A stretch of DNA of 64,000 nucleotides from positions 1-64,000 of the forward strand of contig CAVSQB010000020.1 of NCBI GenBank assembly GCA_963729895.1, in the 5' to 3' direction. The notes under the pieces are model-generated. The model had not been told where the DNA came from and did not search any database. It saw only the letters and a program-made list of their open reading frames with translations. Source of the DNA: an uncultured Fibrobacterota bacterium. Lineage in GTDB: Bacteria; Fibrobacterota; Chitinivibrionia; Chitinivibrionales; FEN-1185. A program made the position numbers and the translations under genes. The first letter of the stretch is position 1, and the number at the start of each line of letters is the position of its first letter. Of this stretch, positions 30,029 through 39,667 are shown piece by piece.

Positions 30029-30514
30029 ATCGTTTTTCCTGATCGCCTCGACCAGCAGTGTGGTGGAATGATCCTTCAGGAAAGAAACGATCTTGATCTT
30101 CCCGCCGTACTTTTCCACGACCGGCGCCTCAATGATGTTTTCCGGATAATCGCCGCCCTTCACGTGAATATCGGGCCGAAGTATTTCGATGAACGTTCGC
30201 GGGTCGTCTTCCCGGAAAATGAATGCGTAGTCGACCATCCTGAACGAAGCAACGATTTCAAGCCTGTCCCGCTCGTTCTGCAGCGGACGGCCTTTGCCCT
30301 TGAGCCTTCGCACGACGTCGTCGCAATTGACACCCACGACAAGGATGTCGCCTTGACGGGCGGCTTCCGCAAGATACTGCACGTGGCCCGCGTGGATGAT
30401 GTCGAAGCAGCCGTTGGTGGTGACAAGGGTTTTTCCCTGCCGGCGAAGGCCGGCGATGGCGTCACGAACCACGGAGGCCGATTGAAGAGCGCTTTCTTGG
30501 CTGGCAGGATTCAT
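30014..30514 (-). CDS. ADP-heptose synthase adenylyltransferase domain (RfaE2/HldC-like); last 4 codons and stop come from the IS
   Basis: TNGCFDIIHAGH, VVGVN, LKGKGRP, HVKGGDY and STT motifs. The start could instead be GTG 30571. Confidence 0.88.
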   Translation of the reverse strand: MNPASQESALQSASVVRDAIAGLRRQGKTLVTTNGCFDIIHAGHVQYLAEAARQGDILVVGVNCDDVVRRLKGKGRPLQNERDRLEIVASFRMVDYAFIFREDDPRTFIEILRPDIHVKGGDYPENIIEAPVVEKYGGKIKIVSFLKDHSTTLLVEAIRKNDRVAS

Positions 30515-30567
30515 ACGTACAAAATAGTTTTCGTCACCGGAGGGTGAGCGCGGCACATGGTATTGAA

Positions 30568-31587
30568 TCACACGCCCGCCACCAACGCCCTTCCCACCGT
30601 CTTCGGCTTAGCCTCCAAAAACCTCATCGCCACGTCGCATGTTTCCTTCACCGTCTTCGCCTTCTGCACCCCCGTCCTCAGCTGATGCCCGAAGAAAAAA
30701 TTGCACGAATAGTATTTCGTAAACTCCTTGAGCCGCCCGATCGCCCGTTCCGGCGGGAAATCTTCATTGACATAGTCATGGAACGTCTTCCACACCGTTG
30801 CGTAGTCCGGCGCAAGAGCCCGGATGTCCCCTCCGCACAATCGCTCCCGGAATTCCCCGAACACCCACGGCCGCACCACCGCCTGCCTGCCGATCATGAG
30901 TCCTTTGACCGATGCGAAGGCATTCGCGTTCCGTGCGATATCCTCGGCGAACCCGATATCGCCGTTGGCGATAACCGGAAGGCGGGTAAGACCGCAAATC
31001 CATTCGAACAGTTCCCACCTGGCGTTGCGCTTGAGCTTTTCATTGAAGAACCTGGGATGAACAAACACCGCATTCGCTCCGCAATCTTCAATGACCTTCA
31101 TTCGTTTCGCGAATTCCGGTTTCCAGCCGGCCTCTGTTTCCCACAGCCGGCACTTGACGGTGAGCACGCCGTCCCAGGTACGTCGAAGCGTTTTGAGCAC
31201 GCGCTCAAAGCGCATGTGGTCTTTGAACAGCGAAACGCCGGTACCCAGTCTTTCCATCTCGGGCGCCGGACAGCCCGCATTGAGGTCGAGGGCCACGGGT
31301 TGAGCGCTTCTCAGCCGGTCCACAATCGCGGGAATATCTTCATTGCCGTTCAAGGCGAGCTGGTACCAGACAATTCCCTCTTCTCCACGACGTTTTGTGA
31401 AGGCGGTGGCCCCGACCTTTTCATTGAGCACTGCCGCACCCAGAAGCATCTCCGTGAACAGCGCGCCGTACGCGCCAAACCCGGCTACAAGACGCCGAAA
31501 CGCGCTGTGCGAAACGCCGGCCATGGGCGCGCAGAACAAGGGCGGATCAACTACGATGTGTTTGAGAATGAGCGGGTGGAGGATCAT
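30568..31587 (-). CDS. tRNA-dihydrouridine synthase family protein
   Basis: APMAGVS, FRRL, LNAGCP, TVKCR, HPR, ANGDI and MIGR motifs. Confidence 0.88.
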   Translation of the reverse strand: MILHPLILKHIVVDPPLFCAPMAGVSHSAFRRLVAGFGAYGALFTEMLLGAAVLNEKVGATAFTKRRGEEGIVWYQLALNGNEDIPAIVDRLRSAQPVALDLNAGCPAPEMERLGTGVSLFKDHMRFERVLKTLRRTWDGVLTVKCRLWETEAGWKPEFAKRMKVIEDCGANAVFVHPRFFNEKLKRNARWELFEWICGLTRLPVIANGDIGFAEDIARNANAFASVKGLMIGRQAVVRPWVFGEFRERLCGGDIRALAPDYATVWKTFHDYVNEDFPPERAIGRLKEFTKYYSCNFFFGHQLRTGVQKAKTVKETCDVAMRFLEAKPKTVGRALVAGV

Positions 31588-31600
31588 GGCGCAGGCACGC

Positions 31601-32428
31601 TTATTGAAGAAAGGCGGTTCTGAGCGCGATGCCGGAGGCCAAATAGATGACAAAGGCAATGCCGCAGGCAATGAAATACGCCGCCGCGACGTCGGCGGAG
31701 GTTGGCGGCGCCGTCGAACGCTTCTGCGGAACGCTTATCAGATATTCGGCGGCCTTGATTCCATTGATAAACAGGAGAAGGCCGAACACCGACCAGAGGA
31801 ACGACAGAAAAAAAGGAAACCACCACACAAACAGCGCCGTCATGGTGGTCACCGTGCACACCAGCATGGTAAGGCCCGCAAAATAAGGGAAGAACCGCCG
31901 TATCCGCGCGTTCGATTGCTCCGCACAACGGGCCGCCCATGTGCAATCGTCGATTTCTTTCTGATTGCAGACCGCGGCCCGCCCCTGGCGCGCCATGGAT
32001 TGCCGCAGGGAACGAATCAACCCGGGCAGGTTCCGGGTCCTCAACGAAATGCTGATGCTTCCGCCCGGAAACCGCAGCAAGCCAAAATTAAACAGAAGAG
32101 GCACTCGCACATACCGGAAATGCCCTATTTCGGCAATGGGCACGGTGACAATCCTGCTGGGCCGTACCTTGACGAGATCCGTCTCGGACACCACGAACGC
32201 GGTCTCGCTCATCTCTTTTGTCAATGTTGCGCGCAGTGCGGCGCAACAGAGAGCTATCACGGCCAGATACAGGGTGAGCCGCACGTAGGCTGCGCATTCA
32301 CCCGCCGTGCCGTAATGAATGCTTGCTGCGGCGAGAAGGCTGCAGATGAGAAGCATGCCTATAATGCCGCAGGCCAGCAGGCATTCGCCGGCCGACAGGT
32401 CGGCGGAGGTGGTGAATCGTTCTTCCAT
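31601..32428 (-). CDS. Hypothetical integral membrane protein (~5 TM)
   Basis: Several hydrophobic helices with a soluble loop; sits in a co-oriented gene run. Confidence 0.6.
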   Translation of the reverse strand: MEERFTTSADLSAGECLLACGIIGMLLICSLLAAASIHYGTAGECAAYVRLTLYLAVIALCCAALRATLTKEMSETAFVVSETDLVKVRPSRIVTVPIAEIGHFRYVRVPLLFNFGLLRFPGGSISISLRTRNLPGLIRSLRQSMARQGRAAVCNQKEIDDCTWAARCAEQSNARIRRFFPYFAGLTMLVCTVTTMTALFVWWFPFFLSFLWSVFGLLLFINGIKAAEYLISVPQKRSTAPPTSADVAAAYFIACGIAFVIYLASGIALRTAFLQ

Positions 32429-32465
32429 GAGCCCAAGGGGTCCCTTGTTACCTGTTCTCGGCCGA

Positions 32466-33791
32466 CTACCTCATCCTTCCGGATGGCCGGTCTTCTGTTT
32501 GGCAGCCGCAGCCGGAATTCTTCTCACGTGCGCTCCTCGCGCACAAGTCAATTATGCCGGACCGTTTTGCCAGCGCCGCCAGTCCGGACAAATCCTCCGC
32601 GCTCTTGATCGTGTGGTACGAATCGGGATCAATTGCAAGAACCACCCCGTTTTTCGCAGACGGCATGAGGTCGGTGATGGCAAATCCTATCTTTGGGCTT
32701 CGCGCCAGGGAAGGGAGAATCTCCTTGGGCGGCGTTGCATAATCGGGAAGCTCGCTGCCTGCAAGCAGGTTGATGTCAAACACGTAGAGGCCGGTATTGA
32801 AGGGAAGATGGAACCGACCCGTTTCGTCGGTGAGCCTCATGGTGGCCTCGTTGCGGATTCCCTGTTCCACAATAGTAAGTGACTCTCCCTCGCGGCGCTT
32901 AACAATAACAAACGATCCGAAGGGGTCGTGTGCGTCGAAACGCGTGCGGAGGATTCCCACACCCACGCAATCGTGGCCCTTGCCCGCCGTGGCCATGGCA
33001 AGAATAACAGACGGATCGCACAGCCCCGTTGCCTGAAGCGCAATAATCCTGGTGCAGCCGAACGACGAGAGCCATTCGAGCGCGCTGGGCCCGCCATGGT
33101 CGCCTTTCTTCGTCAGCTTTACAAACGGTCCTCCCGTCTCGTCGGGATTGACTGCCGGCCGCGGCACCCCTGCGTCCGCCACGCAAACAATGCGGCCATC
33201 GCCCGTCAGGTGCAGTCGCTCGTCCTGCGCCAGCGTTCGAACATTGGCAAGGCCGAAGTTGCCGGATCTTCTGAGGACCGCCGGGATAATCCGCGCCGTG
33301 GCCGACGATGCCGGGCCGGTGGTGACGATTACCGGTATGTCAAGACCGGCTTTGCGGCAGAGATCCGCGATGACGGCGCAGTTCGCCTGCAGGCTGCCGT
33401 ATCCTTCTGGAAAGCCGGGCAACTGGAAAGTCGCTTTTGTGAAATCGCCCGGCAGGACAACACCTGGCCCGCGCTCCAGCAGGCTCGCACGCAGCCGTTC
33501 GCCGTCTCCGCCCGCGGTGAGTACGACGGCGCAGCCCGAAAGATCGGCGGTCGTCCCGGCAGCCTCACCAATGCGAACAAAGCGCGGAAACGCCTGTTCT
33601 GTTCCGTCAAGAATACTTTTCCACTTTTCCATGTTGCGCATTGCCTGCCGCTGCCGGCCAAGCTGCTCCCGGTAAACCGGGGGCGGGAACCGTTGATTGA
33701 GGGCGTCAAGCAGTTTTTCTCTCTGCGCCTGGTTCAGGGCCCCGAAATCGTATACATGTTCTGCGGCGTTGCTATCGGTCCAGCGTTCCAT
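32466..33791 (-). CDS. Nucleotidyltransferase-fold protein (UDPGP/UAP-like, divergent)
   Basis: VVLTAGGDGERL glycine loop, a downstream Lys, PDETGG and FNTGLY. Confidence 0.6.
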   Translation of the reverse strand: MERWTDSNAAEHVYDFGALNQAQREKLLDALNQRFPPPVYREQLGRQRQAMRNMEKWKSILDGTEQAFPRFVRIGEAAGTTADLSGCAVVLTAGGDGERLRASLLERGPGVVLPGDFTKATFQLPGFPEGYGSLQANCAVIADLCRKAGLDIPVIVTTGPASSATARIIPAVLRRSGNFGLANVRTLAQDERLHLTGDGRIVCVADAGVPRPAVNPDETGGPFVKLTKKGDHGGPSALEWLSSFGCTRIIALQATGLCDPSVILAMATAGKGHDCVGVGILRTRFDAHDPFGSFVIVKRREGESLTIVEQGIRNEATMRLTDETGRFHLPFNTGLYVFDINLLAGSELPDYATPPKEILPSLARSPKIGFAITDLMPSAKNGVVLAIDPDSYHTIKSAEDLSGLAALAKRSGIIDLCARSAREKNSGCGCQTEDRPSGRMR

Positions 33792-33887
33792 TTGTTTCCT
33801 TTTGATTTACTCTGCCGGTGGAAAGCAGGATTTCTATCCCGGGTTCACCCACCCGTGTTTTGAAAATGCCACATACCGATTTTGTTG

Positions 33888-34364
33888 TCAATGGTTTCCC
33901 GAATTGGGCTGTTTTCCCCTCATTCTCCTGAAAAACGACGTGAGGAGCCTGCCGCACTCCTCCTGCATGACGCCCCGCGTGATCCGGGGAAAATAGCGGT
34001 ATGCCCGCTCGAGTTCGCTGCGGTAAAGAAATGCGTCGACCGCGCCGAGCCTCGGATCCGGCGCGCCAAACACAACGGCATCAACGCGCGCCTGCAAGAT
34101 TGCCCCGAGACACATGATGCACGGCTCAAGCGTGACATATAAGGTGCATCCGGAAAGCCGCCACATTCCGAGCATGGTGGAGGCAGCGCCGATTGCCATC
34201 ACCTCGGCATGCGCCGTGGCGTCAAACAGCTTCTCCACGCGATTGTAACCGCGGCCGATGATTCTGCCGTCCTTTTCCACAACCGCTCCAACCGGTACTT
34301 CGCCTTCATCAAGAGCCTTCATGGCTTCCTGAAAAGCCGAATTCATGCAATACTGAGGGTCCAC
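33888..34364 (-). CDS. tadA: tRNA adenosine(34) deaminase
   Basis: GEVPVGAV, ATAHAE and TLEPCIMC motifs. Confidence 0.92.
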   Translation of the reverse strand: MDPQYCMNSAFQEAMKALDEGEVPVGAVVEKDGRIIGRGYNRVEKLFDATAHAEVMAIGAASTMLGMWRLSGCTLYVTLEPCIMCLGAILQARVDAVVFGAPDPRLGAVDAFLYRSELERAYRYFPRITRGVMQEECGRLLTSFFRRMRGKQPNSGNH

Positions 34365-34588
34365 GGGCCAAGGGTTCCCTTCTGCATTGAAAATCGATTA
34401 TATTTGATAAACCTTCCTGATACTCATCTGTTAATATACTTCCCTGTAAAATCCCTGTAACAGGACGGTCGGCTACGCTCCCTTGGGAAGGGGGAATCAC
34501 TATCGCAGGATCACTTGAAAAAGCATTGCCGCTGAGGCGGCAACAAAAAGCTTCTACTGGCGACGCCGCCGAGCCGGCCTACCGGGCT

Positions 34589-35155
34589 ATGCAAGAGTCC
34601 GGCATCCCTCGCACAAAGGTTCGCACGCCCCCCGGCGCACGGCGCACCGGCGTCACCGCTGTGGAGGTTGTGGTTGTCTTGTTTATTCTGGGCGCAATCA
34701 TGTCTCTCGTGATGTTCTCGTGGACCTTCTTCGCCCGCAGCACCCTGCTGCAGAAACGCAAAACTACGCTCCGCGCGCAAACGGAACAGGTCGCGTCCGT
34801 AATTGTCAGCGACATCGGAACGTCACCCCAGGTGATTTTTCTCGATCCCGGTGGCATAACCTTCATCGCGAGCGGCGGGGACACCGTCACCTACCGTCTC
34901 AACAGTGATTCTCTTCGGAAGAACGGCGCGGCAATCCCCGTCGGTTCCGGCGGAGCGAGGGTGGTAAAATTCGCTATTGAACAGGAAACGCCGCTTCCGG
35001 TCCCCGGGGAGCAGAACCAGCCGCAGGACGCAGCCCTCGTCGTCACGCTGGGCGTAAAGGACCGTACCGGCGTTACCAGCGAAGTGCGCAACAGGGTAAC
35101 GATACGTTACATGGAAGACACGAGCGCGGCCGACAAGCGCAAGTGGAACTACTGA
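34589..35155 (+). CDS. Prepilin-type (class III signal) minor pilin/pseudopilin
   Basis: ARRTG|VTAVEVVVVLFILG: basic leader, G(-1), E(+5) and a hydrophobic helix. The start is uncertain. Confidence 0.65.
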   Translation: MQESGIPRTKVRTPPGARRTGVTAVEVVVVLFILGAIMSLVMFSWTFFARSTLLQKRKTTLRAQTEQVASVIVSDIGTSPQVIFLDPGGITFIASGGDTVTYRLNSDSLRKNGAAIPVGSGGARVVKFAIEQETPLPVPGEQNQPQDAALVVTLGVKDRTGVTSEVRNRVTIRYMEDTSAADKRKWNY

Positions 35156-35673
35156 TATTCCCCTTTGTAATACTCCCAGTGAACGATCTCATCGAGCTTC
35201 TTGCGTTTCTTGACAGGAGGCTGCGACGCCGGGTATCCTACCGGGGTGAACGCCACCGGTTCTATGTTCAGGGGCAGCCGAAGCACGCTTCGGGCTTCGG
35301 CTGCTTTGAAATTGCCTATCCAGCACGTGCCGAGACCGGCTTCGGCAGCCGCAAGCGTGATGTGGTCCATCGCGATGGCAACGTCAACGTCTCCGTAGCC
35401 TTTTCCGTCGGCGCGCACCCACGCCTGCGACCGGTCGCAGCACAGCGCAAGCACGACAGGCGCCTCGGCAAGCCACGTCCGCTCGTACACCGTGAGCAGC
35501 GTCTTCTTCGATCCGTCTTTGCGGATAACAATAAAGACCCACGGCTGATTATTGCACGCCGACGGCGCAAGCCTTCCTGCCTCGAGAATTTGGAGCAGCA
35601 CGGCTTCTTCAACGGGTTTATTCTGGAATGCGCGGACCGAATAGCGCTTCTTTGCAAGATCGATGAATGCCAC
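35149..35673 (-). CDS. Nitroreductase family protein
   Basis: RYSVRAF, APSACNNQPW and GLGTCWIG motifs. Confidence 0.92.
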   Translation of the reverse strand: MAFIDLAKKRYSVRAFQNKPVEEAVLLQILEAGRLAPSACNNQPWVFIVIRKDGSKKTLLTVYERTWLAEAPVVLALCCDRSQAWVRADGKGYGDVDVAIAMDHITLAAAEAGLGTCWIGNFKAAEARSVLRLPLNIEPVAFTPVGYPASQPPVKKRKKLDEIVHWEYYKGEYQ

Positions 35674-35791
35674 AAGGAGCCTCCACGGTTGACGGGAAAT
35701 GCCCTCAATTCTATTTTGTCATCTAAACTCGGAAGCTTCGATTCGGTTCAAATCCACCTGACCCGCAAAAGGGCACCACCGGACGACTTTG

Positions 35792-37231
35792 TCACCTTAC
35801 TATCTTTCTGATCGCGACATCCGTATAGTACGCATGGAGAATTTCGTCGTACTTCTTGCCGCTTTTGGCCCTGCCCAGCGCGCCGGTCTGGCACAATCCC
35901 ACCCCGTGGCCATAGCCCCTGCCCTTCATAACTACCTTGCCGTCAAGTACCGAAACATCGGTGATGATGCAGCTTTTGAGAATCGGAAATCCCGTTTGAT
36001 TCCTCCGGAAAACTGACCGGATCTTGTCGCCTCCATAGAAAAACGAGCCGCTTGACGTGTGCACGGTGCACTGTTTGATCCTTCCGCAGGAAAACCGCGA
36101 ATCCAGCGTCACCGAGCGCACGTCTCCGGTGCAAGGGTTCTGCGGAAACGTCTCGCGCGAGAATCTGTTCACGATGTAGGTGAACCGGTCGAGCGGCCAC
36201 TGTTCCTCCCAGGTAAATGACACGGAGTGCGCACAATACGGGCCCGACAACCCGTTTTCGTCGTCAACCGAGCGAAGATACCCCAGGAAAGGCTTGTTCC
36301 ATACGTCCTCGACGCTGGCTGTTCTGCCGCCGCACGTGGAATGATAGTACGCGTAAATCAGGCTGTCGTGATACAGAAGGACCTCGCCCTCGGTGGCGCG
36401 AATTGCCCTGCTGCACGCGTCGGATTCCGCACCCACTCCGCCGTATACCTGGTCCGAAACGGTGGCCGAAAGATCGAACTGCCCGTGCGCATTGTCCTGC
36501 ATCTTCCGGAAAGTGTAGGTGCGGGCCGCAACCGCCTGCGCCTTTACCGCCTCATCCACATCATCGCCGCCCTTCCCCACCTCGAGCGGCACCACCCCGC
36601 GCAGATAGTCTTCGACGTCAACGTAATTGACAAGCGTAAACAGGCCGCCCGGTCCGGGAGCGATTATTATGGATCCACGGTAGGAAATGTTTTCGATGGT
36701 GACAATACATGCTTCGCTCCTGGCAAACAGGGTGCAGGGAACCACCACGCCCATCCTGGACTGGCCATAAGCATGGAGAAACACCCTCCCCTGCGCGTCG
36801 CCGCGCTCTATGGTCGCGCTGCCCGAAAACGAAACAAAGCCTCGCGTGCCGCCGTTTCTCAGTTCCACGGGCGACGATGAACGCACGCGTGCGCCTGACG
36901 CATTCTGGCGCAGCACGATGCGCGCGTTCGCGGATGGAACATGGAAACCTGCGCCGTCCAGATGGAAGCGCTTGCCCGGTCCCAGTTCATCCGCTTGCGG
37001 GCGGCCTTCGACGTTCCACACGTCATTCTCGCGGCGATCCTCAGAATTCTGCGCGAGCAGCACCGTTGTATTGCGGCCGTTTGCCTTTTGTGAAGCTGAG
37101 GTTGCGGACGTCGGTTGGGGCTGATCACAGTTACCGGATGCGTGCTGCGACGTGATGGCCGGAGCAGGCGTGCACTGGAAAAAGAAGGTACAGGGAAACA
37201 GTGTGAGGAAAATGGCTGCCGTGGCTGTCAT
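35792..37231 (-). CDS. SpoIID/LytB-domain lytic transglycosylase
   Basis: EDYLRGVVPLE, KAQAVAARTY, DQVYGG, YHSTCGGRT and GHGVGLCQ motifs. Confidence 0.9.
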   Translation of the reverse strand: MTATAAIFLTLFPCTFFFQCTPAPAITSQHASGNCDQPQPTSATSASQKANGRNTTVLLAQNSEDRRENDVWNVEGRPQADELGPGKRFHLDGAGFHVPSANARIVLRQNASGARVRSSSPVELRNGGTRGFVSFSGSATIERGDAQGRVFLHAYGQSRMGVVVPCTLFARSEACIVTIENISYRGSIIIAPGPGGLFTLVNYVDVEDYLRGVVPLEVGKGGDDVDEAVKAQAVAARTYTFRKMQDNAHGQFDLSATVSDQVYGGVGAESDACSRAIRATEGEVLLYHDSLIYAYYHSTCGGRTASVEDVWNKPFLGYLRSVDDENGLSGPYCAHSVSFTWEEQWPLDRFTYIVNRFSRETFPQNPCTGDVRSVTLDSRFSCGRIKQCTVHTSSGSFFYGGDKIRSVFRRNQTGFPILKSCIITDVSVLDGKVVMKGRGYGHGVGLCQTGALGRAKSGKKYDEILHAYYTDVAIRKIVR

Positions 37232-37298
37232 GGTACTCTACGGAGGGACATAGTTGTCAACCGTAACTCTTGTTGCGTTGCCCTCACCCCAAATCTCG

Positions 37299-37838
37299 TT
37301 AAACGGCTTTTGCCTTGCCGGTCCTTGAGGCCTCGCCGGGCGCCATGCCGGAAATCTTTTTGAGTTTGCCGGAAAGAAGTTTGCGCTGGAGCAGCGAAAC
37401 CTGGTCGATGATGAGGAGGCCGTCTAAATGGTCCATTTCGTGCAAAAGTGCTCGTGCAAAAAGGTCTGTCGCCTTCTCGACTGCAAACTCTTTTCCGGCT
37501 TCGTCGAACGCCTTGACAGAAACAACAGCCGGCCGCTTGATGTTGAGATGAATGTCCGGGAAACTGAGGCATCCTTCTTCGCGCTCCACAACTTCCTCGG
37601 ACTTATAGGTGAACTCGGGGTTGACAAGCACAAGCGGCGGAGCCTCGCCCCGTGTTGCATCGATGACCATGATCCGCTTCGACTCCCCGATCTGGGGCGC
37701 AGCCAGTCCCACGCCGTCGTGCGCAACCATGGTCTCCAGCATTTCGTCGACCAGGCCCTTAAGTTCCCCGTCGAATATCGAAACGGGTCTTGCCTTCCTG
37801 CGCAGAATAGGATCGCCGTAATACACAATGTCGAGCAT
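37299..37838 (-). CDS. def: Peptide deformylase
   Basis: GVGLAAPQIG, EGCLS and HEMDHL motifs. Confidence 0.96.
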   Translation of the reverse strand: MLDIVYYGDPILRRKARPVSIFDGELKGLVDEMLETMVAHDGVGLAAPQIGESKRIMVIDATRGEAPPLVLVNPEFTYKSEEVVEREEGCLSFPDIHLNIKRPAVVSVKAFDEAGKEFAVEKATDLFARALLHEMDHLDGLLIIDQVSLLQRKLLSGKLKKISGMAPGEASRTGKAKAV

Positions 37839-37843
37839 CGGGA

Positions 37844-38239
37844 CTATGCCTTTTTCTCAACCTTGTCGGCGTCTGTCTTCTCGGCCGCCTTTTCGTCATT
37901 GATAATGGACGCTATCGAACTTTTCCTGAATTCCACAACGGTGTTGTCCGCTATCTTTACCATGACGGTAGCGTCCTTCACATTGCCAACCGTTCCCAGC
38001 AGGCCGCCGATAGTCACGATCTTATCGCCCTTCTTCATGTTCTTGAGCATGTTCTGGGTTTCCTTTGTCTTTTTCTGCTGCGGAAGGATCATGAGGAAAT
38101 AGATGATCGCAAAAACAATCCCCATCATCAGGATGGTGGGCATCATGTTCTTGCCTCCGCCCGCCGGGGCAGCACTGGTCTGAGCGAACAGCGCCAATGA
38201 GTTACACAGAACAAGGCAAGGAGTCAAATAGTAGCGCAT
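37844..38239 (-). CDS. yajC: Preprotein translocase subunit YajC
   Basis: YFLMILPQQKK and GDKIVTIGGL motifs. Confidence 0.93.
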   Translation of the reverse strand: MRYYLTPCLVLCNSLALFAQTSAAPAGGGKNMMPTILMMGIVFAIIYFLMILPQQKKTKETQNMLKNMKKGDKIVTIGGLLGTVGNVKDATVMVKIADNTVVEFRKSSIASIINDEKAAEKTDADKVEKKA

Positions 38240-38300
38240 GAATGGTCCTTTCTTTCTCGCAAGATGTACAACTGCAACATTCGGAAAATTGCAAGTTACT

Positions 38301-38330
38301 AATATATGTCGGCCTTGCCGTTAAAGTCAA
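38301..38330 (-). promoter_or_regulatory. Predicted sigma70 promoter for yajC-def
   Basis: TTGACT-N18-TATATT. Confidence 0.45.
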
Positions 38331-38475
38331 TGGCGATTTGCCCCGTGCATAGCATTGGTTTTCGGGTATCTGGGGGGTGATATTGCTTATTTGATAATAA
38401 GAAAGGGTTGGTTAGTTATGCAAAGGAAAAGAGTCTTTGAAGCTCGGAACGAGATTGTCTTAAAACTGCGAATAC

Positions 38476-38569
38476 CCGGGGTGTGGGTGCAGATCGCCGC
38501 CCGCTGATTTCCGGCAGGCGGAAGGTGCACCCCAGCGGAAACCCGCCAGGGTTTCCCCACATGCTCCGG
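38476..38569 (+). ncRNA. Candidate structured RNA (three-way junction), family unrecognised
   Basis: P1 CCGGGGTGTG/CATGCTCCGG, P2 GGGTGCA..CCGCC..GGCGG..TGCACCC, P3 GGAAACCC-GCCA-GGGTTTCC. The G-U pairs work only on the + strand. Confidence 0.4.
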
Positions 38570-38631
38570 CACTTATACTCATCACCACGCACTCTTAAAC
38601 AAATAAATCACTTCGCCTCTCCCCTATTCCC

Positions 38632-38661
38632 TTGACATCGCTTCACTAAGAGCATTAATTT
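38632..38661 (+). promoter_or_regulatory. Predicted sigma70 promoter
   Basis: TTGACA-N18-TAATTT upstream of the GGAGG RBS of gene 38710. Confidence 0.5.
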
Positions 38662-38709
38662 ACTGTTGACCCCATCACCGAGACCAAACCTTTATCTGGA
38701 GGGCACAGT

Positions 38710-39594
38710 ATGAAGATCCTGTTAAGGAATTTAACTGTCCTGTCCGTCTGTTGTATTGCCTTTTTCTCAATATCGGGCTGCGGCGTGAGTGAGAAGAAAC
38801 TCAAGGACGCGGAGCAACGCATGCAGGCGCTGCAGCAGGGCGGCATTCCGGATTCGCTTCTCACCGAGGCACGGGTTCTTATTGTCCAGGCGCGGACTGC
38901 AAAACAGCTCGGAAACGGCATCGGCGCAAAAACGAATTACGATTCGGCAATGGGAATTCTTGCCAAGGCCGAGTCGGGCTACGGCGCCACAACGGCGGAG
39001 GTCAAGCCGTTTGTCGAATCGCTCAGAAAATCCCTTGGAGAAAAGAAACTGAATTTTTCCGGCAACATACTCAAAGAGGCCGACAGCCTCTTGGGCGTGG
39101 TTGACGCATTTATCAAGGCGAATAAATGGCCCGAAGCAAAGGCAAAATCGCTTGAAGTCGACACCGTGTTCATGAGCCTTGAGAAAAGCGCGCAGCTCGC
39201 CAGGGAACTGAGACCCAAGCTTCTGGGAACGTGGAGCGGGTCCCAGGCGATCAAGGAAGAGGGCGCAAACGCGGTTGAGAAAAAGTCCTTTGCGTTCACC
39301 CCGGATGGAAAGATCGCCATCGTTGAGGAAAGGACCGGACTTACGAATCCGTCACTCAAGGAAGACTGGAAATTCGAGTCGTGGGGAACCTACGACCTTG
39401 TCGGCGACACCATCTTGATATTTGTGAATCGTGAGAAATGCGACAAACAGGTGTACCTGAACCTGCGGGAACAGGGCAAAAAGAAGGATTGGGTGAAGAC
39501 CGAAAAACCGCCGTACGACTCGGCAATTACAAGCGGCAAAAAGGACAGGTACATTACGTTTGATTATCTCAAGGAGAGCTTCAAAAAGAAGTAG
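38710..39594 (+). CDS. Hypothetical lipoprotein
   Basis: ISGC lipobox, helical N-half and a beta-rich C-half (LLGTW...WGTYDLVGDTI). Confidence 0.7.
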   Translation: MKILLRNLTVLSVCCIAFFSISGCGVSEKKLKDAEQRMQALQQGGIPDSLLTEARVLIVQARTAKQLGNGIGAKTNYDSAMGILAKAESGYGATTAEVKPFVESLRKSLGEKKLNFSGNILKEADSLLGVVDAFIKANKWPEAKAKSLEVDTVFMSLEKSAQLARELRPKLLGTWSGSQAIKEEGANAVEKKSFAFTPDGKIAIVEERTGLTNPSLKEDWKFESWGTYDLVGDTILIFVNREKCDKQVYLNLREQGKKKDWVKTEKPPYDSAITSGKKDRYITFDYLKESFKKK

Positions 39595-39620
39595 CTTTAG
39601 TCAAGGACTGGGGCTGCAAC

Positions 39621-39650
39621 GGGCGGATGTTTTCATCCGCCCCTGCTTTT
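39621..39650 (+). terminator. Rho-independent terminator
   Basis: GGGCGGATG-TTTT-CATCCGCCC followed by CTGCTTTTT. Confidence 0.7.
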
Positions 39651-39667
39651 TGCAGTGACCAAAGCCG

